Shown: positions 22,288 through 32,539, counted from the first letter of the stretch. The stretch: DNA of 64,000 bases from a bacterium (GCA_965261595.1 CBDHDG010000007.1:960001-1024000), one strand, 5' to 3'. A program made the numbers and translations. Notes: generated from the sequence alone by a model not told the origin.

Positions 22288-23229
22288 ATGATGAAACGCA
22301 GGCTTGCGCTGGAAACCACCGCGCCATTCCAGGGGTTGCCGGAGCTGGTGGCCCATGATGAAGGTCTGTTCGAGGCCGAAGGTCTTGAGATCGAATGGGT
22401 GGAGCGCGACAAGGGGGCGTCGAAAACCACCGACGTCGATATCGATTCACCGGACGGTTTGAGCGCCTTCGCGAGCCATGGCGCGGCGTTCGAGACGGGC
22501 GGCGCCGACATGTACAACGCCTGCGAATGGGGGAATTACCGCCGGGTTCAGGACACCTCGGCCAAGGGACGGCAACTCGGCCGGCGGGCGATCGTCGTCT
22601 ATGCCGGGCTCGTCGTCCCGCCGGACTCGGATGTCCACACGCCGCAACAACTCGCCCACAAGCTGATCGGCGTCCCCTATTACTTCGGCACCCACTATCT
22701 CGCGCTGCTCATGCTCGAAGGGTTCCTGCCGCGCGAAGCGATCAAGACCTGCCGCGCGTCCAACAGCTCGGCCGACCGCTTCGACTCGATCATGAAGGGC
22801 GAGATCGCCGCGACGACCCTGACCGAGCCCTACCTCACCCTGGCCGAGAAGGAAGGGTGCCGCGTTATGGTCCTCGCGCCGTTCCATGGCACCGAAGTGG
22901 CCTCGGAGGAAGTCGACGCCGAAACCTATGCCGCGTTCAACCGCGCCGTCGGCGAAGCCGTCCGCCGGATCAACGCCGACAAGCGCAAATACCTCCGGTA
23001 CTTCCTGGACCATCACAAGGGCCAGCACCCGGGACTCGCCTCGCTGACGGTCGATGACTTCCCGGTGAGCCGGCTTCAGGTGGTCGAGCCGTCGCCCATC
23101 CCGCCGGACGAGCTCGAGCGCACGTATGACTGGATGCGGGGCTGGCGCATGCTGGAGCCCGACTTCGATCCCGACAACCTCATCGCCGCCGACCGCCAGA
23201 AACAGGCTCACGCCGCGCTCGGCGAATAG
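22288..23229 (+). CDS. ABC/NMT1-type substrate-binding-fold protein with no signal peptide
   Basis: VAHDEGLFEAEGLEIEW, NACEWG, TLTEPY. Confidence 0.75.
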   Translation: MMKRRLALETTAPFQGLPELVAHDEGLFEAEGLEIEWVERDKGASKTTDVDIDSPDGLSAFASHGAAFETGGADMYNACEWGNYRRVQDTSAKGRQLGRRAIVVYAGLVVPPDSDVHTPQQLAHKLIGVPYYFGTHYLALLMLEGFLPREAIKTCRASNSSADRFDSIMKGEIAATTLTEPYLTLAEKEGCRVMVLAPFHGTEVASEEVDAETYAAFNRAVGEAVRRINADKRKYLRYFLDHHKGQHPGLASLTVDDFPVSRLQVVEPSPIPPDELERTYDWMRGWRMLEPDFDPDNLIAADRQKQAHAALGE

Positions 23230-23368
23230 GCGGGGGGGGGGGGGCGGGATGGCTGAACGGATGATTCGGGGAATCCCCCCCCTCCTCCTCCCCTGTTGGG
23301 AGATAAACTTTCAGACCGCCCTTGAACAATGATTTGAAGAAACGCGTCCCCCGATTAGGCCGGCGCCC

Positions 23369-24316
23369 ATGACACCCGATTCCGTCGTTCTCGTGGCCAT
23401 CGCGTCGGCTTTCTGCTTTGCCGTCGCGGAGATGTTCACGCGAAACGCCCTTCGCTTTTCGACGCCGATTTCGGCTTCCATCCTCTCCATCGCCGGCCAG
23501 TTCATCCTCCTGACGATTCTGCTCGCCCTCACCGGAAAATTCTCGAGCCTCCATGGGGAAGGGGTCCTGTGGTTCCTCCTGGCGGGTTTTATGAATCCGT
23601 TTCTCTTCGTGGCGTTTTATTTCGTCGGAATCCAGCGGATCGGCGTCGCCCGGTCCGCGCCCATCAAAGGGACGGCCCCGATCTACGCCGTGGTCTTCGC
23701 GGCCGGGGTGTTGGGGGAGCGGCTTTCCGGCGTTCAGTATTTCGGAATCGCCATGGTTGTCGGCGGGATCATTTTCATCTCGGCTGAAGGGTGGGCCGGA
23801 GAGCGGGGGGCGGGCTCCGGCGATTCGAAGAGCGGTTCAGTCGGGGGAGGGGGGAGGGGGGGAAGCGGGCCGGCGGCCGGAAGGCCGCGGAAGCTGGACT
23901 TCCTCTTTCCCCTGTTGGCGGGTGTTTCAGGGGGCGTCGCTTCGGTCCTCTTCAAGCTGAGCATGCAGAAGCTGCCCTCTCCCATGGTCGGTGTATGGCT
24001 TGGAACGGTGGTTGCGCTTCTCCTCTTTCCGATTTTGGCTTTCTTCTTTCCCAAGGAGCAGCGGTATCGGGCGAGCCGGCGGGCTTATCCCTGGCTCATT
24101 GGAAACGGGGTCGCCATTTCGGCCGCGATGTACACCTTGATTCTCTCCGTCGGTCTCGGGGAAGTCGCCATCGCGTTCACGTTGGTTCAGACCTCCCCGC
24201 TCCTGGTCATCGCCATGTCCGCCATTTTCCTGCGGAAGTTGGAGCGGGTGACGCCGAGAATCATTTTCGGCGCGATTCTGACCGTGAGCGGCGGGGTTTT
24301 GGTGAGCCTGCTATGA
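23369..24316 (+). CDS. EamA/DMT family transporter
   Basis: About 10 TM helices in two repeats, GVLGERL and FLRKLERVT. Confidence 0.88.
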   Translation: MTPDSVVLVAIASAFCFAVAEMFTRNALRFSTPISASILSIAGQFILLTILLALTGKFSSLHGEGVLWFLLAGFMNPFLFVAFYFVGIQRIGVARSAPIKGTAPIYAVVFAAGVLGERLSGVQYFGIAMVVGGIIFISAEGWAGERGAGSGDSKSGSVGGGGRGGSGPAAGRPRKLDFLFPLLAGVSGGVASVLFKLSMQKLPSPMVGVWLGTVVALLLFPILAFFFPKEQRYRASRRAYPWLIGNGVAISAAMYTLILSVGLGEVAIAFTLVQTSPLLVIAMSAIFLRKLERVTPRIIFGAILTVSGGVLVSLL

Positions 24317-24369
24317 GGGGGAAGAGGGGGGCGTGGATGGATCGGATAGCCCGCGCCGCGCGTGCCTGC

Positions 24370-24517
24370 TGTAGTGTCCCGAAATGGCTTTACATATGGT
24401 GATCCGAATTGGCCTTCTCCGGCCGGGCAAGGGGTCAACCGACCCCACCGCCCGGCCTGCCGAACGGTGGAAAACCGGTGTTTTCAAAACAGGTCGGGCG
24501 GGCATCTTGCCCGCCTT
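24370..24517. repeat. ~150-bp dispersed intergenic repeat, copy 2
   Basis: Homologous to 18252-18400. Confidence 0.85.
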
Positions 24518-24693
24518 TTCCGCATTAAGCGCGGCCGTAGCCGCTCGATGGATCTGGTTTTGCATAGAGACATTGCATCCCCGGTAAAATGGGGCAAATT
24601 GATGAGACACGGGGACGGCGGCCGGGAGCGGCGCCTCGCGGTTTGAAATGGGAAGCTCCGAATAGAGATAGAGGATGATAAGAGGAGAATTTG

Positions 24694-25122
24694 ATGATGA
24701 ACAGGTATGCGGCTTCGAAAATGGCGTTTTTGGCGGTCGTCGCTCTGGGACTGCTCTACGGATGCGCGACGGAAGGGGGCACGTCATCAAGGGCCGCCGA
24801 CCCGATTGTCGGAACCTGGAGCGGCAGGGTGGATCAACCGGGAAGCAACCCCTACCAGGGCGTGATGACCCTGTCATCTCCAAATGGCGGCAGGAGCTCC
24901 TATCCGTCGCTGAAATGCGGAGGTAGCCTGTCCGGCGGGGGAAGCGGCGGCGTTTACCGATTCAAGGAAACAATCACTTTTGGACGGGCGACGGCAACCT
25001 CCGGCGGCTGTATCGACGGTCAGATTACGATGATTCTGCAAGGAAACAGGGTGGTGTGGCAGTGGTCCGGCTCCTGGAAAGGCAAGGGCTATGCCGCGTC
25101 AGGAACATTCGACCGAAGGTGA
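24694..25122 (+). CDS. Hypothetical lipoprotein (beta-rich)
   Basis: AGGAG RBS, lipobox LLYGC, VGTWSG motif. Confidence 0.75.
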   Translation: MMNRYAASKMAFLAVVALGLLYGCATEGGTSSRAADPIVGTWSGRVDQPGSNPYQGVMTLSSPNGGRSSYPSLKCGGSLSGGGSGGVYRFKETITFGRATATSGGCIDGQITMILQGNRVVWQWSGSWKGKGYAASGTFDRR

Positions 25123-25148
25123 CCTGACCCCGCTCCGTTCGCCGATGC

Positions 25149-26314
25149 TTGGACCGCCTGAAAAATGGGGGTCGGACCACAATGTCAGAATGTAAGACCT
25201 GATCCCCAAGTATTGAAGTGCCGGAGTTGAAAGGGGGAATTCCGGTTCATGATGATTCCCGACATACAGGTTGGCGGGCGTCCGCCATTGGAAGTTGCCG
25301 ATTGGGGGAGGCCAAATGATGAAAAGGGGGGGGGCGCCGATTTTTGCCCTGGCTGTATTGTCGGTTTTGTTCCTGGTGATTCATGAACCTGCTTCCGCTG
25401 AGACGCTTCTCGAGCGCGGGACTTACCTCATGAAGAGCGTCGTTGTATGCGGCAACTGCCACACGCCCAAAACCCGCCGAGGGAAAGACATCCAGGGGAT
25501 GGAGCTGGCGGGCGGACTCAGAATTGAAGAGCCGGGGTTCATCGCCTATCCGGCCAACATTACGCCCGACAAGGAGACGGGCATCGGCAACTGGACGGAC
25601 GAGCAGATTGTCACGGCATTTCGTGAAGGCCGGCGTCCTGACGGCACAGTCATCCGCCCACCGATGCCCATCGAATGGTACCGCATGATGTCCGACCGGG
25701 ACGCGAAGGCGATCGTGGCCTACCTCCGATCCGTCAAGCCGGTGAAGAACAAGGTCCCCGAGGCGACATACAAAATTCCACTTCCCGTATCCTATGGCCC
25801 GCCTGTGGTCAGCGTGGCCGACGTTTCAAGGAATGACAGGCGGAAGTACGGAGCATGCCTTGTGACCATCGGCCACTGCACGCAGTGCCACACCCCCATG
25901 GTCAGAGGACAGCAAGATTTCAGCCGGATCGGCGCGGGTGGTTTCGCTCTCATCGGTCCCTGGGGAACAGTGTATTCGGCCAACATCACACCCGACAAGA
26001 AAACGGGGATCGGCAACTGGACGGACCGGCAGGTCAAACTGGCCATAACAAATGGGCAGCGGGCCACCGGGGAAAAAATGCTCCCTCCCATGCCCTATCC
26101 CTATTTTCTCAACATCAAGCGGGCAGACCTGGACGCCATCGTTGCGCACATCCGCACGTTTAAAGCGCAAAAAGCGGTGCGCAAGGTCCGTCACGTTCCT
26201 CCGAAGAAAAAATAGCGGCCTTCAGATCTTACTATCTTCTAGAAGCTATCAGTATGGTGTCCCCCGGATTTCCCGCGAAGGTTGGACCACCTGAAATATG
26301 GGGGCCAGACCACA
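25149..26314. repeat. 33-bp imperfect direct repeats (25149-25181, 26282-26314) flanking a cytochrome c gene
   Basis: TTGGACCGCCTGAAAAATGGGGGTCGGACCACA vs TTGGACCACCTGAAATATGGGGGCCAGACCACA, 29/33 identical. Confidence 0.75.
25316..26215 (+). CDS. Periplasmic di-haem cytochrome c
   Basis: Signal peptide, CGNCH and CTQCH, NITPD..TGIG.W and PMP motifs. Confidence 0.92.
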   Translation: MMKRGGAPIFALAVLSVLFLVIHEPASAETLLERGTYLMKSVVVCGNCHTPKTRRGKDIQGMELAGGLRIEEPGFIAYPANITPDKETGIGNWTDEQIVTAFREGRRPDGTVIRPPMPIEWYRMMSDRDAKAIVAYLRSVKPVKNKVPEATYKIPLPVSYGPPVVSVADVSRNDRRKYGACLVTIGHCTQCHTPMVRGQQDFSRIGAGGFALIGPWGTVYSANITPDKKTGIGNWTDRQVKLAITNGQRATGEKMLPPMPYPYFLNIKRADLDAIVAHIRTFKAQKAVRKVRHVPPKKK

Positions 26315-26468
26315 GGCGCTCTTGAAAGATGCCACCCCCGAAAAAGGGATGAAGGCTTTAGCGGTAAGGCGAAGGTTTAAAACCTGGATAGTGGAGTTTG
26401 CAGTCCTTAATCTATCAACAAAAGACTTGCCCAAGACCACACCCGCCAGCATCAGATAGAGCGCTGCT

Positions 26469-27365
26469 TTATTTCTTCGGCGGAATATGCCGCACTTCCC
26501 GTTTTTTCCTGACAGGCTTGAGCGTCCTCAGATACGCCACGATGGCGTCCAGATCCTCCGGCTTCAAGTTGGCGTAGTAGGGAAACGGCATCGGCGCGAA
26601 CATCTTTTCCCCGTTGGCCCGCTGCCCATTTGTTATGGCGAGCTTGATCTGGCGATCGGTCCACTTGCCGATTCCGGTTTCCTTGTCCTGGGTGATGTTG
26701 GCCGAGAAAGTCAGGCCCCAAGGACCGCCCAGAGGAAATCCGCCCGCCCCAAGCTGACGTTTGAAATCCCGATGTCCTTTGACCAACGGCGTGTGACAAT
26801 CCAGGCAGCGGCCGATGCGGACGAGATATTCCCCGTACCGGATCTTGTCGGTTCTCGGAACTTCGGGAACACTTCCCACAGGCGGCCCATAGGATTTGGG
26901 GAGCGGAATCTTCCACACCGATTCCTCCTCCTCGTTCCTGATCGGCTTCACCCGCCTCAGATAAGCCACGATCGCCTTGACGTCCCGGTCGGACATATCC
27001 CGGTAAAACTCGATGGGCATGGGCGGGCCGATGATTTTTCCGTCGGCGCGAATGCCCTGTTGGATGGCCCGGATGATTTGTTTATCCGTCCACGCACCGA
27101 TTCCCGTCTCTTTGTCGGGGGTGATGTTCCGGATGACGACGTTGAAGACCGGTCCTTTAATCCTGAATCCCGCCGCCAACTCCATCCCGGGAAGATCGCC
27201 CTTAACGTCTTTGGGCGTGTGGCAGGTCCCGCAGGCCACGATGCTCCTCATCAGATAAGTTCCACGCTCAAGGAGCGTTTCAGCCAAAGCGCTTCCCTGG
27301 AGGACGAGGAAAATACCCATAACGACCGCAACCGCAATCAACAGATGGCTCTTTCTCACCGGCAT
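26469..27365 (-). CDS. Periplasmic di-haem cytochrome c, paralog of 25316-26215
   Basis: Signal peptide, CGTCH and CLDCH, collinear with the neighbouring gene. Confidence 0.92.
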   Translation of the reverse strand: MPVRKSHLLIAVAVVMGIFLVLQGSALAETLLERGTYLMRSIVACGTCHTPKDVKGDLPGMELAAGFRIKGPVFNVVIRNITPDKETGIGAWTDKQIIRAIQQGIRADGKIIGPPMPIEFYRDMSDRDVKAIVAYLRRVKPIRNEEEESVWKIPLPKSYGPPVGSVPEVPRTDKIRYGEYLVRIGRCLDCHTPLVKGHRDFKRQLGAGGFPLGGPWGLTFSANITQDKETGIGKWTDRQIKLAITNGQRANGEKMFAPMPFPYYANLKPEDLDAIVAYLRTLKPVRKKREVRHIPPKK

Positions 27366-27796
27366 TCTCCATTCCAAATTCGGGCAAGCCCGTAGCGACA
27401 ACTCGTTGCCGTCCAGCCTGGTTAGACCGCTCCCTACCGGATCTGTCAACAAAAGTTCGGGCGCCGGAAAGCCTGACCTGAATAGTGGGTCAGGTCTTGA
27501 CTCTTCACTTACTCAGGAATTGAGAGCGTGGCCGTGAGGGAAAGAAGCTTCCGGTGAGTGCGATTGAGTGGCCAGCTCTCTCCATCCGCTCGGGGTGGAC
27601 GAAGCGGTCGGAAGCAGGCGGGAGGGGTGCAATGGGCGCACCCCGAAGGGGCGTGTGGATTCATGGTTCCCGCGGGCGCACACCAGGCATCGAAGGGGCC
27701 GGTTGTCTCGATTCAGGCTTCAAATCGAATGAAGGCGTTATCGGACCCCTGAAAAGCACACAGTGAACCAACCCGTAATCCAGCGGCGCGAACACT

Positions 27797-27830
27797 AAAA
27801 AAAGGCCGCCGGAGGCGTCACCGGCGGCCC
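27797..27830 (-). terminator. Rho-independent terminator, probably the original tRNA-Asn terminator
   Basis: On the minus strand GGCCGCCGG-TGACGCCT-CCGGCGGCC-TTTTTTT, just downstream of the duplicated tRNA 3' end. Confidence 0.8.
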
Positions 27831-27841
27831 TTCTGAATGGT

Positions 27842-27862
27842 TGGCTCCCCGGGCCGGACTCG
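27842..27862. repeat. att core (duplicated tRNA-Asn 3' end)
   Basis: TGGCTCCCCGGGCCGGACTCG, identical to 38357-38377. Confidence 0.95.
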
Positions 27863-27951
27863 GATAGACAGTTTAACTTATTGAATATATACAACTTAGA
27901 TAATTCCAGACGGTCACGTTACCACAATTTTTCCCACGTAAATGGTGGGGT

Positions 27952-28266
27952 CTAAGGCCCGAGTTCCGTCCTTCGCCGCCATCGGAGATAAGACAGGCGA
28001 GTGCGACAGGCGGAAACCGACCGTTCCAGATGCACGGCCAATTCGGCAACCTCCCCTTGCCCAGCCCGTCCGATTCCGCCGGGAGTATCGCGGATCAAGT
28101 CGTACAGTTTCCGATCTTCCTCCGGGGTCCAGTAGGGAGCCGAGAGGCGTGGCGCAAGGGGATCGCCCCGTTTCTTCCACAGCGCCCAATGAGTATGGCA
28201 AAGCCCACGCGCGGCCATCTTCCTTTCACATCCGGGAATCGTACCGTAATTATGCCTTTGATACAT
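27952..28266 (-). CDS. Hypothetical satellite protein (Zn-finger-like motif plus Myb/HTH-like region)
   Basis: GCER...ARGLCHTHW and WTPEED...LERSVSACRTRL. Start uncertain. Confidence 0.55.
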   Translation of the reverse strand: MYQRHNYGTIPGCERKMAARGLCHTHWALWKKRGDPLAPRLSAPYWTPEEDRKLYDLIRDTPGGIGRAGQGEVAELAVHLERSVSACRTRLSYLRWRRRTELGP

Positions 28267-28334
28267 AGTGACACAAGATGTACATTCAAGCGCATCATGA
28301 ACACCGAGCCGCTGGAATACAAAAAGCTCACGGC

Positions 28335-28841
28335 TTAATTCCTTGGCTTCTCGGGACTTGGTGGCGTAAGGAGATTGCGCGCTTCCAATAAATCACTTTT
28401 AAAAGAGCATCGAACTAGATCGCCAGCGAAAATTATCCAGTGGAACAAATCATGTTTAGGTTTACCCAAGGAAGGGATCGCTAAACATGGAATTTTGAAT
28501 TTTTGACAAATATCAGAAATATACTTCATCGTTTCATAATCCTTTAAATCTATCTGACCAAAAGCACTAGATGAACTACTTGGTAGTCGATTCCTCAATT
28601 TATCAAGAGTGCGACATTTTGAACCAAACCTTGCCGAAGGCCGCCTCTTCCAGAAAAACGGAATGTTCATGGCTACAACGGTTAAAATTCCAGAAATAGC
28701 TAAATGCGGGATGAAAGGTTCAATAAATGGAATCATTCTAGCCAATTTCCCCGCTATTCCTGGCCAATTGACAAGAAGGTCGGCACAAATAGTTGTGATT
28801 AGGAACCCGAAGAACCCATTTAAAGCTTTTGTCCATTTCAT
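28335..28841 (-). CDS. AT-rich hypothetical membrane protein (satellite cargo)
   Basis: Two N-terminal hydrophobic helices, GC visibly lower than the flanks. Confidence 0.6.
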   Translation of the reverse strand: MKWTKALNGFFGFLITTICADLLVNWPGIAGKLARMIPFIEPFIPHLAISGILTVVAMNIPFFWKRRPSARFGSKCRTLDKLRNRLPSSSSSAFGQIDLKDYETMKYISDICQKFKIPCLAIPSLGKPKHDLFHWIIFAGDLVRCSFKSDLLEARNLLTPPSPEKPRN

Positions 28842-28905
28842 AGCCCCCCGAAACTACACGTGGCGCCATGATTTGTAAATGGCATAATTACGAATCGTAC
28901 AGGTG

Positions 28906-29963
28906 CTAGTCATCGTTCAACCCCACCGCCTCAAGCGCGGTCGCCATCGGAACGCCCGCTTGGGCGAGCTTGGCGACCACCGTTGCACGGCTCACCATGT
29001 CGAGCGCGTAGGAGTCGAATTTCAGTTCAACCGGCGTTTCGAGCTTCGCCGTCAGTTCATGCTCTAGCAGGCGGGCGAGCGGAAGCACCGTCCCTAAATG
29101 CCACCGCCGCAATGCCTCGCGTTGTGATGTGCCGTCCGCGTCCGTGAACAGGGAAGGGGGGGTCCCGCACGCCGACAACACGCGCTCGAACGCCTGTTGC
29201 GCGATATCCGGCATTGACGCAGGCGGATTCGGCCCCAAGCGTGACGCCTGCCAATCCCTTTGCGGCGCGGCGGTCCTTCCTTCGCCCCAACCAGCGGAGC
29301 TCGTTTCGACCAGAAGCGCCTTGCCCCGCGCCGTGCGGATGTCGGCTTTCAATCTTGCGAGCGGATCGTTGCCGTCATCGTCGCCCCCGTCTTGCGGAAT
29401 GGCGAGCAATTGAGCAAGCGGCCCCTGCGCTTCGTCGGCTAGGGATCGCTCGGTTTCGCTTTGCAAACGGGCGGTCGTATGCGCCCATGTCAGCGGCCCG
29501 GTCCCGACGTAGGGCTGCCCCGGCGTCCCGCCCCACCGGACGAACACAACGCCGGACGCGGGCAGGTTCCACGTTGTAGACGTCGAAGGCCCGTAAGCCG
29601 TCACCCTCACGGTCCATGAATCGGGATCGTGGTTGCCCTCCCAGTGCCAGCTTGACGCGGGGATCAGCTGAACCATCCCGGCCCGGTCTATCCGTATGAC
29701 GTGCATCGAATCGCCGTTGCGAATCAGATCGCGCCCACTTGCGCCAGGAAGCCCGGTGAAACGGTTTCTTGCGCCCAGGGGTCTCCGACTACCTCCGCGC
29801 TGGCAAACGCACGCGATAGCGCACCGGACGCGGCCTCAACAGCCGCCGTGCTCGAAACGTCCGCCGCCGTTCCCGCCGCTTGCGCCTCAATGAGCCGCAC
29901 AACGGCGTCGGAGAAGTCCCCGCCGGATTCCCGCTTCTCCCGCTTTTGCCACGGCCAGCGCAT
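28906..29963 (-). CDS. Phage portal protein, 1-nt frameshift near 29735
   Basis: MRWPWQKREKR...STAAVEAASGALSRAFAS joins GRDLIRNGDSMHVI if one G is added. SACGTPPSL and VLPLARLLEHELTAKL are portal-like. Confidence 0.8.
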
Positions 29964-30268
29964 CAGACCGCCCCTGCACGGCGCACCCGATATCGGGTCA
30001 GCAACGCCGCCGCGCCGCTATTTCGGAACATCGCCGCATGGTTCATCTGGTATTCAACCGATCGCGGCCCGATGCTTTCATTTCTTACCGCCCCGTAATC
30101 GCTCCCGAGCAAATATCCTCCGAACCTGTAGACCGCTTCATCCTTCAACGCCTCCGGCGCGGTCGCGGCGTAGTCTTCCACCGCCTGAACCGCCGCCGGG
30201 AGAACACGGCTTGCGCGATCAAGCGTTGCGCCTGATTCCGCCGCCAACTGGTCGGCCGTTACAGCCAT
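29963..30268 (-). CDS. Putative head-tail connector (gp6-like)
   Basis: 101 aa with APEALKDEAV...GAAALLTRYRVRRAG, lying between protease and portal. Confidence 0.6.
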   Translation of the reverse strand: MAVTADQLAAESGATLDRASRVLPAAVQAVEDYAATAPEALKDEAVYRFGGYLLGSDYGAVRNESIGPRSVEYQMNHAAMFRNSGAAALLTRYRVRRAGAV

Positions 30269-30834
30269 ATCCGCCGCCTCTGGGGTTCTGTCATTGGATC
30301 GTCCGTCCGAAGATCAACCGCCGCGTCCGTGTAGGCCGGCGAAGTCACAACGGAAAACTCCCGCAACACGGCCTCGCGGATCACCCGCACCTGGACGCCC
30401 GGATTGCCGGGCTCATCTTCCAGCCTTTCGGCGTCCGGTACGGCGGAAGTCGGCGGAACAGTAAATCCGGGAGACAGCCCCGTCATCAGTCCCGCCGCAA
30501 TGGCCCGCTCCGCGTCGATTACCCAGGACGGCGGATCGTCCGGCAAGACTGCCTCGAACGTCACGGCGTCTGCGCTGTCTTCGATGGTCAGCGTCCCGGC
30601 TTGTCGGCTGGCAATCGGCTTCCCGTAGTCATGGCCGACAAGGATGTCGATCCGCCGTTCCGGCTCCTGTTCAATGGCGAAGCGAAACGCGCGGGATTCA
30701 AATCGTTCCTTGCGCACGCGGCCACGGTCGCGGATCGTCGCCATGCTCCGGTAATTGAACCGGCCACCAAGAATACGGCCCCGGCCCGATTGCCGGATTT
30801 CCAGATTGCCGTCAAAGATCGGATAGTCGGTCAT
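30259..30834 (-). CDS. HK97-family prohead protease
   Basis: KERFESRAF, LVGHDY, GLSPGF, LREFSVVTSPAY. Confidence 0.9.
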   Translation of the reverse strand: MTDYPIFDGNLEIRQSGRGRILGGRFNYRSMATIRDRGRVRKERFESRAFRFAIEQEPERRIDILVGHDYGKPIASRQAGTLTIEDSADAVTFEAVLPDDPPSWVIDAERAIAAGLMTGLSPGFTVPPTSAVPDAERLEDEPGNPGVQVRVIREAVLREFSVVTSPAYTDAAVDLRTDDPMTEPQRRRIWL

Positions 30835-31115
30835 CAGTAGTTTCCCGCCTCAAGAACCACCGTCGCGCTTCCGCCCGCCGTCCATACCCAGGTCCGTTCG
30901 TTGGGATCGGACACGATACGGACGGCGATGGTCGATCCGACTGGATGTCGAAAGCCGCGCAAGCTGGCGGGGTCCGGCGATGTTGCGACAATGGTCCGAT
31001 ACACCGTCCCCCCTCCACGATTCTGCATCCTGAAAAAAGAGACCGTCCCTCCCGTCCCAAGATTCAGGGCCGCGCCAAGATCAACCGGCGTTACACCAAC
31101 CTCGATTTCGTCCAT
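30834..31115 (-). CDS. Small beta-rich hypothetical protein, possibly a virion component
   Basis: 93 aa, tightly packed between the capsid and protease genes. Confidence 0.65.
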   Translation of the reverse strand: MDEIEVGVTPVDLGAALNLGTGGTVSFFRMQNRGGGTVYRTIVATSPDPASLRGFRHPVGSTIAVRIVSDPNERTWVWTAGGSATVVLEAGNY

Positions 31116-31118
31116 GAC

Positions 31119-32408
31119 TTAGGCCAACCGATAGGCGATTTGCGCATAGGCGTCCGGTTGAACCAGAATCACGTCGCCTAGCAGAACGTGCATCGTGAAA
31201 GCCCGCTCACCCTTCGCCGAACCGCTGTAGATATCGTCAATCGAAATTTCATTCCAGTGCGGACAGACCGCCGTCCGCATGGCCCCGGCCCCGCCCATCA
31301 TGGAGCGGCCCTTGCGATACAGGATCGCCTGTTGGATGTTGCTTGCCGCGTCCGGCATGCGCTTGTTGCACCAAAATCCGCCGGCCTGATTCATGGCGTA
31401 GGCCGCCGCGCTCAACTCGCCCTTGTAGCTCGTGGCGGTCTGAAACGTCCTGGCCGCAAGCCGCATCGTGTCGGCACCGACCACGATGGACACGTCCTTG
31501 AGCGTGTTGGCCCAAAGGCCGTCAATGCCGCCCGCGTGGGCCGCGGCGAAGCTGTCGAAGTCGGCAACTGCCGTCGGGTCGGTCGGGTCGGTCAATCCCT
31601 GAAAGACACCGGTCAGGTTCGGCGCGCTTCCATCGCCGTTGATCGCCTGTTTGTCCAGTTCGTCGGAAAGAACCAGCGACAGGTTTTCCCGTAAGATTGA
31701 TTCGAAGTTCGCCTGCCCCACGGCGGCCACGTCCTCAATGGCGATTCCCAAACGGGCGGAGATTCGCTTCGGCGTCACAGACGTCACGGTGAACGCCGCC
31801 GCCGTCGCGTCCTGGGCCGCGCCCTTCGCCTTCGAACCTGCGGTCAGCGGCGTGGCGATGGTCGCGGATGCGTAGGTGCCGGACATGACGCGCGGCATTT
31901 CGATTCCGAGCCGAGGCGCGATACTGTTAGCGAAAACTGCCGGACGGATTCGATCCAGATTGACGCCCACGGTGCCGGGCGCGGGAGATACAGCGTCGGT
32001 TTGCCGCTGTTCTACCGGCTGCGGCACGTCCCAAAGCTCAAGCGGGATTCCGTCGCCAATTCCCGCCGCGCTTTGCAGTTCAGCTTCCGCGCCGCTCACT
32101 TTCCGCCCGGAAATCGCCGCCGTCAAGAAATTGGTCAGACTGGCCCGGCTTCGCAGTTCGGTCCGTTCCCGCATTTCCCGATCCGGCTCGTCAAGGGCGC
32201 GGGTCTCGGCCTCCTTCTCTTCGTCTTCGACAGCGATCACGCTGGCCCGGATTTGTCTTTCCAGGTCCGGCGTTCCGCGTTCCAGGGTGTCGAGATCGCT
32301 GCGCTGTTCGTCGCTCAGTTCGTCCACAAGCGCGAGCTCCGCCATGCGCTGACGCTCTTTGGATTGCCGCTCGCGAAGTTCGCGGAGGCGCTTTTGTGAG
32401 TTAAGCAT
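31119..32408 (-). CDS. Phage major capsid protein (HK97 fold with N-terminal coiled-coil delta domain)
   Basis: GGAG RBS, coiled-coil N-terminus, VTPKRISA...ESILRENL...ELDKQAINGDGSAPNLTGV, QPDAYAQI end. Confidence 0.88.
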   Translation of the reverse strand: MLNSQKRLRELRERQSKERQRMAELALVDELSDEQRSDLDTLERGTPDLERQIRASVIAVEDEEKEAETRALDEPDREMRERTELRSRASLTNFLTAAISGRKVSGAEAELQSAAGIGDGIPLELWDVPQPVEQRQTDAVSPAPGTVGVNLDRIRPAVFANSIAPRLGIEMPRVMSGTYASATIATPLTAGSKAKGAAQDATAAAFTVTSVTPKRISARLGIAIEDVAAVGQANFESILRENLSLVLSDELDKQAINGDGSAPNLTGVFQGLTDPTDPTAVADFDSFAAAHAGGIDGLWANTLKDVSIVVGADTMRLAARTFQTATSYKGELSAAAYAMNQAGGFWCNKRMPDAASNIQQAILYRKGRSMMGGAGAMRTAVCPHWNEISIDDIYSGSAKGERAFTMHVLLGDVILVQPDAYAQIAYRLA

Positions 32409-32539
32409 TCACTCGCTCCTATACAAATCGGATCCGCCGGACAAGGGGGATCCCCGCCCAGGAAAACCCGTGCTCACTGCTATTTCGTCTCTCTCCAGGG
32501 AAACTAGAACCTTCGGAAGGAACTACACGTAATAATATA

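Noticed and set aside
27520..27780. Possible structured ncRNA between the cytochrome gene and att
   Set aside because: It has only short GC hairpins and no family motif I can recognise.
27842..27862. Second tRNA gene
   Set aside because: Only the 3' 21 nt are present, so it is the att duplication.
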